DNA of 63,929 nt, filler included, from Phoronis australis (lineage: Eukaryota > Animalia > Phoronida), in assembly GCA_002633005.1 (NCBI GenBank). It is 11 parts of 11 records of this genome, joined end to end, with 100 filler letters (N's around TTAATTAATTAA, not from the genome) between each part and the next. Parts side by side here need not be neighbours in the genome. Positions count along the whole stretch, not along the records: positions 1 to 22,286 come from NMRA01000069.1; 10 more parts are not named here. The stretch is one strand, 5' to 3'. The first letter of the stretch is position 1. Each line of letters starts with the position of its first letter. Below the pieces are notes generated by a model. It searched no databases. It worked only from the letters and a program-made list of their open reading frames with translations, and was not told where the DNA came from. This document shows positions 1 through 10,583 of the stretch, in pieces. The translations under genes and the position numbers were made by a program.

Positions 1-105
1 AACCCCCCCCTCCCGACCTCCCCCCTCTCGGCGCCACGTGCCTCGGATTCGACCTTTGCGGGAATCCTAAACCCCCCCCTTACTGAAAACGTAGATCCGC
101 CCCTG
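1..105. mobile_element. PIF/Harbinger-like MITE end (family also at ~5595-5815, 14429-14533, 19760-19953, ~35499, 37982-38278, 44272-44385)
   Basis: Recurrent TIR CAG(T/G)GGCGGATCTAG / GATCCGCC(A/C)CTG with poly-C/G subterminal tracts. Superfamily assignment is inferred. Confidence 0.6.
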
Positions 106-194
106 GTACTGAACGTAACTTATGATGCATAGGCGTTACGTTCAAATGCCAAAGGTGGTTCGCTGCGCCTACGTGTGCCTACGCCCAAAAACAG

Positions 195-360
195 CACAGC
201 TTATCACACAGTTTCTTGAGCTATAGACTAAAATAAGCTTTACCGACAACGCGTTGTTTGTCGGGTAAAATGGCGGCTTGGAAACGCAGACGAAGGTGCG
301 TCAGGAATGCTGCGTTCTGATTGGTCAGTTAAGCCGTCAGTCATAATCCTGGCGATAGGT
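195..360. repeat. Dispersed repeat; inverted copy at ~40016-40172
   Basis: TTTGTCGGGTAAAATGGCGGCTTGGAAAC...CTGCGTTCTGATTGGTCAGTTAAGCCG matches the reverse complement of ~40040-40120. Confidence 0.8.
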
Positions 361-1958
361 TGTTCGCTATTAGGCGGCGCTGGTAATAGTTGCGATAACA
401 GCGACCTCACCAATAAGCAGCTACTTTTCTTTCAGTTTGAGTACTGTAGGTTATGTAGCACCCTAAAAAATCCTTATTTGGCCAACTTCAGAACACCATA
501 TCTCACAGACTGGGTATCGGGTTCTTACTGAAATTTGAGATACGAATGCCTTATGCACTGTTCTCCGTCTGTTTTTCGTCTCAGTGTTCCACGACACCCA
601 TAACGGCAGAGGCGCTATCCGGCGAAAATTGGATTTTTATGATTTTCACGAAAAAACGTCAGAAGCTGCATCAAACGAAAACGAAAGAGTGATTAAGAAA
701 CATGTGACAAAATTTTTGAAATTTCGTCTCCAACATTAAACAATAAAAAAGATTTGACCATGCAAGTTGACACCGTTGCTTTGCTATCGATGTAGGCCGC
801 TACACTACGTGCATCTCATTGTTTTCTAAATTTTACTAGGACTCATAGTTACGTGACCCAATTAGTCATGATAAAAAGTCAAAAGTCTAATTCTTTAGGC
901 TGTTTTTATTTCTGAATTACTGATCTTAAAAGCAAGATTGCTAGTACTAGTATATATACATGAGTTGGTGGGAAAGTAGAGATAATTGGTGAATTTTCTG
1001 GCCATTGTTTGATCCATAGAATAGTACACATGTACCGTATCGACATTCATTGTTAAAGTGTTCCAGAGACTGGAGGAGTTTATTGAATAATTTGAATTTG
1101 AGATCACAAAATCAGAAACACCGGGATCAAACTGAAAGGGTTGGCCAAGTGGCTATCCGCCGGTCGACCGGCTACGTCAGGAGTGAGTTAAGTTTGGTCT
1201 GAAGTGACGGGTCTAGAGGCTGTTTTTGAAGAGGTGATTTCTAAATAATGATGCGTATTGGAATTGACTAGGAAACTAAGTTCAACGTTCGTGAAATTTC
1301 TGACTCAGGGTCTCGTGATTTAACGAAAACTCTCTCGTCGAAATTGCTTTTTTGAATTCAGAAAGGGCTAAAGGTAACTGGCGTATGTTCGCAAACTCAT
1401 GATCTGAGGACACACAAATTGATGAAATTTTTCTAGGCTTTCCATTCTGTTGATATCCAATAGAACAACCGATACAACCGATATAGAGTGAATGAATGTT
1501 TTTTTTTTAAAGTTTTCGGGAATCTAACGTTCGGTGTAGTGAACCTTTAATTGTAGTAATTAATGCATTCGGAGTAGTGGACTGTTCTCATTTCCTATGA
1601 TCAACTTCAGTATCCCAGACAAAAATTTCTTTTAGAGCCATTCCGGTCCGAGTACGCGGAGCCGCCTATAATCCTGGCTCTCATTTGAAGGCAAGGCAAT
1701 GTTCGAAAGTTTAGCAGAGGATAATGCTCAGTAATTCGGAAAGACACTGAACTTTGTGGACCACAAAACATCCGATTTTAGGTCCCGTTTTGGCGAGTAA
1801 CCCGGCGTCATGGCATCCTAAAAAAAGTTCTGGGACAGGCTTACCGGCGAATAGCGGATTTGCAGCGACGCCATATTGAAATTAGGTTAAAATGGTGCAT
1901 TGTGGGTGCTGTGGTCAGGATTCCGAAGGCGGCCGTAGTATCAAGCATAATACGCGGT

Positions 1959-3190
1959 ATGAGCGCGAAGAAAACTTACGGCGGATACACTTGTTGTGTT
2001 TCTGGCTGCTTCAAAAACAACAAGAGAGATAAAAATCCGAGTTTTTATGTGTTCCCTGCAAACTAAGAACTTCGTGAAAAATGGATAGACAACATTAGGA
2101 GAGCTGGGAGTAAGGGGAGATTTATTGCATTCAAACCAATGCGGAGCCATCTAGTAGGCAACACGTAGCCCCTCGGTTGGCCATATAGGGCCTACAATAC
2201 TTCCATTCGCTTTCTGTACTCATTTTGTTACTTCAGTGTATATTAAACGGGTCGTGACCGGATTTGGATTACCGATTTCGAGTTTTCACCTCGTCAAAAA
2301 TACATTCTACACTTAAAACAATCGTTTAAAAAACGCTTACTTTCACCATTGGTCCTTTCTACTTCTATACATATCTTAAGCTTAGTTGTGAGAATTAAGT
2401 TGACTTTGGCGAAGAATTACATCACTTTTTGGTTGCAGTTAATTTTATCAGCGCGTGCGCGATAACCATAAAGCATGTCAACTGAATCACGTGAGTTAGG
2501 CAAAGGTTAGCGCGAGACTCAGCGAAGCGCGTGATGCTAGTGCGTGACCCTTGTAAAATAGCATGAGAAGGTATCGGGTGAAACTTGTAAGATGTGTGTC
2601 TCTTAGACTTTTTATTCGTCAACATGCGTAATTTCACGTAACTTCCTCAAAATGGCACCCGGTAACTGAGAGAAACTCGAGCAAACGCGACAGATTTTCA
2701 TCGATTTGTTCAAGTTTTGCTGACTAAATTGTATCCAGAGTCGTGGTATGTGTTAATTATAACTCCGTGTTCCTATATGTATGGTTCATTTGATTTTATT
2801 TGCTGTATTTTGAAATGAGTAACTTTTTGTGAGGATGTACTATCGCCCCTGAATGCCTGCGGCATCCAGTGCGATGTAATTGCCTAGGGGCCATCGTGTG
2901 TGCAGCGAACATTTTCCTGGTGGAAAAAAGACGTATGAGAACAACATTCCGAAGGAGTTTCCTCTTAAAATTAACGTCTCTAGCATATCCACGGCGAAAG
3001 CTACAAAAGTTAAGCAACCCAAGAACTCTCAACTTGTCTGAAATCGGAGGAGATTTCGAAATCAACGCCGATAGCCCCAATACTGAACATGACGACAGTC
3101 GTGCCCTCGGTCACACGGTCACTGATCATAGCTACGCTGTGTTTACAAACGAGAGAGAGGACTTGCTTGGTATTATAAAGCAAAAAAATG
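1959..3190 (+). pseudogene. THAP-domain protein pseudogene (transposon-associated), interrupted by an insertion at 2152-2886
   Basis: 1959-2151 reads MSAKKTYGGYTCCVSGCFKNNKRDKNPSFYVFPAN*ELREKWIDNIRR...KPMRSH. After removing the insertion it continues in frame as RVCSEHFPGGKKTYENNIPKEFP, completing the C2CH THAP signature. A downstream shifted frame carries DHSYA (DHxY HCF-1-binding motif typical of THAP proteins). One in-frame TAA and one frameshift. Confidence 0.85.
2152..2886. mobile_element. Non-autonomous TIR DNA transposon inserted in the THAP ORF
   Basis: Flanked by near-identical direct repeats GGAGCCATC (2143-2151) and GGGGCCATC (2887-2895). Imperfect terminal inverted repeats TAGTAGGCAA...TTGCCTA. 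Removal restores the THAP frame. Confidence 0.7.
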
Positions 3191-4242
3191 AAACATGGTT
3201 TTTAGTTTGCAAATCACTCCAAATGCACACACTATCCAGCCTGCTCAAGACATGCCTGACCACAAGCTATCCCATGAGCCTTCGCGCAGGAAGTAACTCG
3301 CACATGCGCAATGCGTAGTTCGTTTGCGCTGCAAAATTCGACCTTCCTGGACGGGACGGAGCCGCCAATAGTCATGTATACGGATTTTTAGCCTTGTCAT
3401 GCAAGTGGCGTCGCAGAAACTATTTCGTTTCTGCAGTGATGTTTAATAGCCGCGTGCTATTGAAGCACATACATGTACAATAAACACATATCTGGCCGAT
3501 TTAACCGATGTGTTATTCATACTGTATGAATACAGGACACTATCGTAAACAAAAGTCATCGACAGCAGAAAAATGCATCCCGAAAAGGCGCAATTACAAT
3601 TTCTAGGCTTCCCATTTCCTGAACATAAATTTTAAGCACCAGATTTGTCTGCACAACAGACCCCATTTACTGTCAAACATGGTTTAGGGATGTTTATAAT
3701 CAATTATGAAATCAAATACATTTATTGTTTTTAATGACAGACTTGACGTCCAATGCTTCATTCAGGTTTCCTGTTTTGTGTGATTTTCTAAACCTCAAGA
3801 ATGTATACTAGGAACTATTAATCATTATGCAACTTTCACTCTGTGTGTGTTCAGTCTTTCTTTGTAACCCATCCTCTCTTCCTCTCTTAACCATGTGTAA
3901 ATGTATTTGGGCATGAATCATTTCTTGGAACTTAACAGATGTATGTATCGTGTAGAACTCAGTTTGATTAAATATATCGAAGCATTAAGACGCTCTCTAT
4001 CAGCTCTCTGCTCAGCACATCGAGCCACCTCATCTTGTTAACCCGCTAATACCCTACAATTTGAAACCCACATTTACACTTCAGTCCATCAGTCATACCA
4101 ATTTGTTTGCGTAAAGCGCTGCCTGTTGAGAATTTGACTAGCCAATTAGAAACGCTGGTGTAAAAAAAATTACCTGCGTGCTGGCGCGGCTACCGCCCCA
4201 CCTAGCGGCACGCAGGGAACCAGCGAGGGGCCAGGCGTCAAC

Positions 4243-4272
4243 CACAGGTGTCCTCAGCTGAGGACGACTGTG
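4243..4272. mobile_element. 30-bp fused-TIR remnant with 8-bp TSD (P-element-like excision footprint)
   Basis: GCGTCAAC-[CACAGGTGTCCTCAG|CTGAGGACGACTGTG]-GCGTCAAC: near-perfect palindrome between perfect 8-bp direct repeats. Confidence 0.65.
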
Positions 4273-4285
4273 GCGTCAACTAGCT

Positions 4286-4319
4286 TCAGTTCAGGACTTT
4301 CGATTTGAGAGCAAGATTG
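4286..4319 (+). promoter_or_regulatory. Putative Inr and short non-coding first exon (possibly of the TRIM-NHL gene)
   Basis: CCAAT at ~4142, Inr-like TCAGTT at 4286, consensus donor GTAAGT at 4320. The link to the TRIM gene is inferred. Confidence 0.35.
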
Positions 4320-7300
4320 GTAAGTAACAGCTACGGAAATTAGGAACGATCATCAAATTTCCTGCTCATTCTTTACTTCATAACACAGACACAATCACAT
4401 ACACAGTCTCTACTTTAATTGATGCAGAGCTTCAGGAAGTGGTGAATTCGTTGAATAATCTATCACTCAGAAAATAGAAAAACAAAATGGCGGGAACGAA
4501 AGCCGTAGACTCATAGTTCGTTGTAGTTGGCCAACAACGGCAACGTTGTCCTCTTAGCAGTTGCTAGGATTGCCTTAATAAAATATGTGATGATTACAGT
4601 GAAGTCGTCATAGATATGAACGATTTTTCACTACAGAGTCGGTTTTTCTAAGAAAATACAAACTTATGCATGCAGTCAGATTGAGGAAGTTCAAGTTCTA
4701 TTTTTTGGAATTTCGCATGCTCTCGTGATGGGATATGCATGAATTTGGAATACCCAAGTAAACTTTGGCGAGTTCACTCAAACAATTACGTTCATATTTT
4801 TATTTGTAGGTGCACTGACGCAAATACCATGCATATAATGTAAATATGTAAATTTCAACCAGTCAAACCTAGTGTGACGGGAGTGCCGTCTATTGGTGGA
4901 GCCGTGAGTGAGGACGAGTCGTCAGATTAGTTTCAGAAGCTAGAGTGTGTTATTATATTTTAAAGGGGTGTAAGATGGTCAATTCCTTATATGGAACTTC
5001 CGATGACGAAATTTTTAGTTCTATTCTGATTGGTTTTCACATTTATCTTGAGACCCCTATTTTAGCGTAATTTGGAACATTCGCGGTGCGAATACGCCTA
5101 TAAAAATGGGCCCCTCTCGCTAAAACTTCGGATTTTGCCGGGTCTCGACTCTATCCGCAAGGAATCCCAACCAAACAACCTAACTGTTTGGGCCTTTTAA
5201 ATTTGGACTTTGACGTTTTTAGCGAATTCTTCTTGTTTATAAATTCTTTGTGTGTTAAAAGTTAAAGCTGCGATGACGACGGAAGTTAGCGATGAGTTGT
5301 AAGTTTGTAGATCTGTGTTTCATATATTTCGCATAATAAAATTCAGTATATTTATCTACTTCTCTCTTGTTTCACTCTCTATAAGTTGTCACCATGGTTC
5401 TCTCGTATGCGATTCGAACGAGTGAAAAAGTACAAAACGCTGCAAATATTTTTATCGGCTACGAACAGTCGACATTTTAGAAACTAAATAGATCGGTGCT
5501 GGTCGCTCCACCGATTCCCGTTACACTATATTTGTCTTTTTTTCAATTACCGGTGTATAGTACTAGTATATTGGCAATCTTACAATTGATTGACCAGAAA
5601 CGGATCTAGGGGGGTGGGGGGGGGGGTTCAGGACAGAATCAAGAATGAAAATTAAACAAAAAAACATTGCCAGGAAAACGAAGTCAGCTACGAAGCCAAA
5701 AAAACTTACAAGGCTGGGAGGGGTCTTCCCTCCCAGACTCCCTGGCTCGGGGCTATGCGCCTTGGATTTGTGCGAATCGTAAACCCCCCCTTACTAAATA
5801 CGTAGATCTGCCACTATTAAGTATTCACATACATGTATAATCCTCTGTTTCTGTTTCACAAGTTATGACAAAAAAGTGGGACCAGCTGACTATAGTATGA
5901 TATTGAGATTAAGTGAATCTCCAAGTTCAAGCATAACACATCCCAATCATCTTTTTGAATCACTTTGTCATATACATATAGTGTATGAGAGGTTTCGTTT
6001 TAAAGGATTGAGGTAAGCTCCCATACTGTATGCCTGAAGATTTTCTGCAAATTCACTTCTCTGGCTATCCAAGTTACCTTACTACATGACTCTCAGCAAA
6101 GATGAACACCTTTGTGAGCAGTTGGTCTCTTTAAACTCCTTCCAGCTCGAACAGAGGGTCCCGAAATGAACATTTCTTTTGGAATAGTCCTTCATTCCTT
6201 CAATTACGCCATTACAGTCAGGGTGCTTTAAGAGGGTCAAACAGAAACGAACGAAAGGAGAGTTAAAGGTCACCATCTGCCAGACAGGGGGCAGCACAGG
6301 TAGGCGACCTGTTTAAACCCAGCGTTGACACAGTTGATCCACCAATGGCAACCCTGGCCTAGCACGTGGCTTGGGATCACTTTATACGAAACTGATTTAC
6401 ACCAACAAATTTAAATAAAGTTGCTTTTTCGAAAGAAAATATAGGCATGCTGCCAGAGCAAGTTTATTGAAGTTCAGTTTAAAGGTCAAAGTGAATCGTA
6501 AGGTTCAACATGAAAAACTACCTGTGACACGTTGAGTCTGAAAACCATTGCAAGACGTTTGAAGTATAGAGAGAAGTCTTTTTTGAAGCAAATCAGGACT
6601 TCAGGCACCAGCTCAATGGATTTATTCCAAAACTTCCGATGGAAAATGTTTTTCCGAGTCATTGCTTTCTGATATTGATGATGTTCAGTGGCTAAACCAC
6701 TTACTCAATGCTTTTTAGTTTATGATTTAGCCATTTTTCATTCCACCTCCCCACAGTGTGGACATGGACTTTTGAACATGTACATGAATTTTCTAATTCC
6801 TGTGAATTTTCTGTAGTGGAGAACAGACTGCTTGGTTAATGACCTGTCTTGTGACTTTTTTACCAATATCATGCCATGTCCATGTTGTCAGATAGCCACA
6901 ACATGAGAACACTCCTGGCCTTCTCTCGTTTACATAAATCCTGCCTGGTTTGTTGCTTCTGAAGTGGAGCAGACTCTGTGTTTATGGTTTATACTGTTAC
7001 CATTCTAACATCTAGGCCTGGATGCCAGTCAACAAGTGACATGAATTGTAGCACTTGGTAAACCAGCATCCTGTTTGTGCAAGTTTATTCAAGTTCAGTT
7101 TAAAGGTCAAAATGAGTTGAATGTTCTGAAAAACTACTGAGGGCACTTGCGCTGAGTTTGAAAACATACTGATATGCAAGGAGTTTGAAGTATTGGGAGA
7201 TAAGTCATTTTTGAAGCAAATGAGGACCTTAGCCACCAGCTCAATGAATTTATTCCAAAACTAATAATGGAAAAAGTTTGTCATTGCTTTCCAATATGAT

Positions 7301-8116
7301 GTTACCTGGCTAAATCACTTACTCTGTGTTCATGGTTGCTGTTGCCATTTCTAGCATCTAGGCCTAGATGCCACGTCAACACATGACATGAATTGCATCA
7401 CTTGGTAAACCAACATCCTGTTTGACTTTCTCAGCTTCTGAGCCTGTAGCTACATGTATGTTCCTAGCCTGCGATAACCAAATCCAATGTATTACGAGCC
7501 ACTACCCTTAAGTGCTCCAAGCCGTGCAGATTTTGCTGCAGGAATCCAGGGGTGTATTCTTTAAGACTAGACCATCGAATGGATGTGTTGATATCACGTT
7601 AGTCTATGCAGTATGTTGCCGAATACATGACCTCACCACCTTATACTCAATTTTGCCAGCTTGTATTACTGAACACACAACAGGCTTTAAACAGTTTAAA
7701 GCCTAACTTCACTGTAATTTTGTAATTTTGATGTATTGAGCTAACCAGATAGTCCTAGCAAAGCATTAGCAAAATAATAAAATGTGAGTTTAGTTAAGCA
7801 TTCCAATGTAAGCCCGTCAAGTGATAGGTGAATTTGCCTTCACGTGCCATATTGCGTAACCACGTGATCCCACCCTAAACAAGCAATGGCCGATTACAGT
7901 TGTATTGAATATGGGTCTGAGTACCATTACTTGCCGGTGTTATTTGCAGCTGTTTTATCAAAAGGTTATTCTCGCGTTCGTGTAGATGGAAGCAAGTCAA
8001 TAAGCCTAACGGGTGATACCATTCAAGATAGGCTTTAATAATGAGCGCACCCCAAGTCTAATAGGTCGGGTAATGAGGTCATGTTGATCTTAAATTTGCT
8101 CATTGTTCCTTTTCAG

Positions 8117-8311
8117 ATATCCATTGTGGAGCTGCAATCTTCCTCTGTGTTCCCAGCCATGCAGTTTGATGAGCAATCAAGTCAAGAGGCTTCAGCTCAG
8201 ACTGGTTGTATGTATCAAAAGGGACTGTCTGCATTCAGCCACTCAACAACTCCCTCTGTCGGAAGGTCTTTGATCAAAACAGTGATATTCACACTGTCTG
8301 CTGAGTCTCCA
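8117..8311 (+). CDS. Putative upstream exon of the TRIM-NHL gene (5'UTR or 51-aa N-terminal extension from ATG 8159)
   Basis: TTTTCAG acceptor, GTAAGT donor, open frame. GCCATG at 8159 would splice in frame to ACA-ATG at 10581. Confidence 0.4.
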
Positions 8312-10583
8312 GTAAGTTTGTTTTGAAGGTGTGGTTCCCTGTTCGTGTATGTATCCTGGTTCAGTCTTGTGATTGGTGGCCATACCCATTAATAATCCTG
8401 TTCAGACTAATGGCTCAGTCTCATGTTGCTCGAAGTACAGTCTTTTGCAGAATTGTATTTTTCTGCCACTTGCACAAGTCCAACCCGGCCATGCAGTGTC
8501 TCTTTTTCTGCAAGTGCCTTGATGGATTGACTTGTGGTTGTATTGTAATTGTTGCTGGAGTTAACCGCCTGAAACTTATTTTCGAAGTGTACAATTCCCT
8601 GCGACACAGAACCTTTTTATAGAGAGTTTCATAGAGTTGACTTCACGCTAACTGTTGTTCAAGTGGGTTCGCAATATAGGTGACGTTATTTCTTAAAATT
8701 CTTGTTTGTTTTCAATGCATGTGATGGTATTTCTTAGAAATTTATAGTTGTCTTCAATGCAAGTGATGATATTTCTCAGAAATTTGTTGACGAGCGACAT
8801 GTATTTTGGTGTAAAACATGTCTCAAGGTGTGCCTTGCCCTGGTTAGAATCGACAGCTGGGATTGGAAGTTATTGTTGCTTGACACCAAGTTTGGTTGTG
8901 TTGACAAAACTTCAAGACATTTTGTTGAGCCTGATCTCAAGCTATGTAGCAAACTGCCTGTGCTTTTCCCAAGTCTAGAAATCACATCTTAATCAGAATT
9001 TCAGCATTGTACCACGTATTTTTGAGAGTTGCAAATTGGTCATTGCGTCTCAATGGATGTACAATTTATTCTAGGTTTACATTGTGTTGGCTTGATGCGA
9101 CCTGGTTGTAGGACTTCACATTGGCAAACTTCACGTTACCGTAAGTAGGAGTGTAGTTGCATCCGAGTCAACAACAATTTGCACGGGATGCTGTGAACCT
9201 TAATTTTCGCAACGCATTACATGTGTATGTCCAATTACATGTCAGTCTGTGGAACTGGAACACGCAAAATACTCAGTACCAGTTCACGCACACGTAACTC
9301 GTAAAGTAGAATGCGTTAAAGGCAAATTACAAGCAAAACGACAAATGACAGTAAAGAAGACACGCGCAGTAGAAAAACATCCAACCAGTATGCCAATATT
9401 TGCAGCAGTCACGCCGACCAGAGCGCAATCGACCATTCATAAACAAAATAGTATTCACAGTACTCATAGTACAAAGTGCGGTAAGTCGGAGTAAACTTCA
9501 TTCACACGGAGTATAAATAATCAGTGATACAGAGCAATAACTGTTCAGGAAATTACCAAAGCATTAATTGTTCAAGATAATTTTAAATGTGGATCAGCCC
9601 ATCTCAATATATATGCCCACTCTAAATGTATGTCCCTTGTAAAGGAAAGCGTGGCTTTGGTTGAACCATAAAACATTTCCCGTTTCCCAAGAAATAGTGG
9701 GGGCAGTTTGAGAGAACTAAAGTTTAAACTTTGACCTCTCTTTATAGCAGTCTTATAACCATGGTGAACAACTTCCCTCTTGATCATGATATATTATTGA
9801 AGAGATGGAACAGGAATTATCATTTAAAATCTTTCTTGGGTGTACATGTACTGTATGTTTACATGTAAAGTTTCGGCTCTAGAAATCTCACCTGTGGAAT
9901 ATATACTCAGCTTTTGTCAGAAATCTGTGCTACCCCCATCAATGTTAACAAAGTTCCACTCCAATCTTAATCAAATTGGTTTCTGTCACTCTGGTGTCAA
10001 TCTAGCTTGTTACCTTGGAGACTACTTCCTCTCAGCACCGTGGGTGTGTGGGTAAAATGGGTTCACATTCTTGCCAGTGTTCCTGGTGTATAACCTAATG
10101 GAAATCGAATCTGATGTACTCCCATCCATTGTGATGAATGATAAAGAATCTATTGCTTCCATTTAGATAAATATATGTATTACAAACTTTATTATCATTC
10201 TAATGACTTCCACATTCAGTGAATAGTGACAGTGATACATCAATATGGTCTCTAAAGAGTAACATATTTCATGAAATTTGGGGTTGACATTTAGCCGAAT
10301 ATAGGAGTAAGTTAACCTGATTGCATATTATGTTATAATCCAATGCTGAGGGGCAAAGTTTGATTGATCTGCTGCAATTGATCGTTTCACTTATTCAGTC
10401 AACTAGAGTGCTTCTCAAGGCTGTCAGTTGTTCCAGAATACATCCGGGTTACACTCCCTACTAATATTTTCACCAGAACAGGTGTTCTTGAACAATTTTC
10501 ACTCCATGTTTTTAGCTGGGGGTGGAAGGTTGCTGTATTGTTAATGTTCATGCAAGAATGTGAATGCTATTATATTCCAGACA

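Noticed and set aside
6455-7425. Local ~250-bp and ~65-bp duplications in the TRIM upstream region
   Set aside because: Ordinary diverged intronic duplications with no coding or structural signal.
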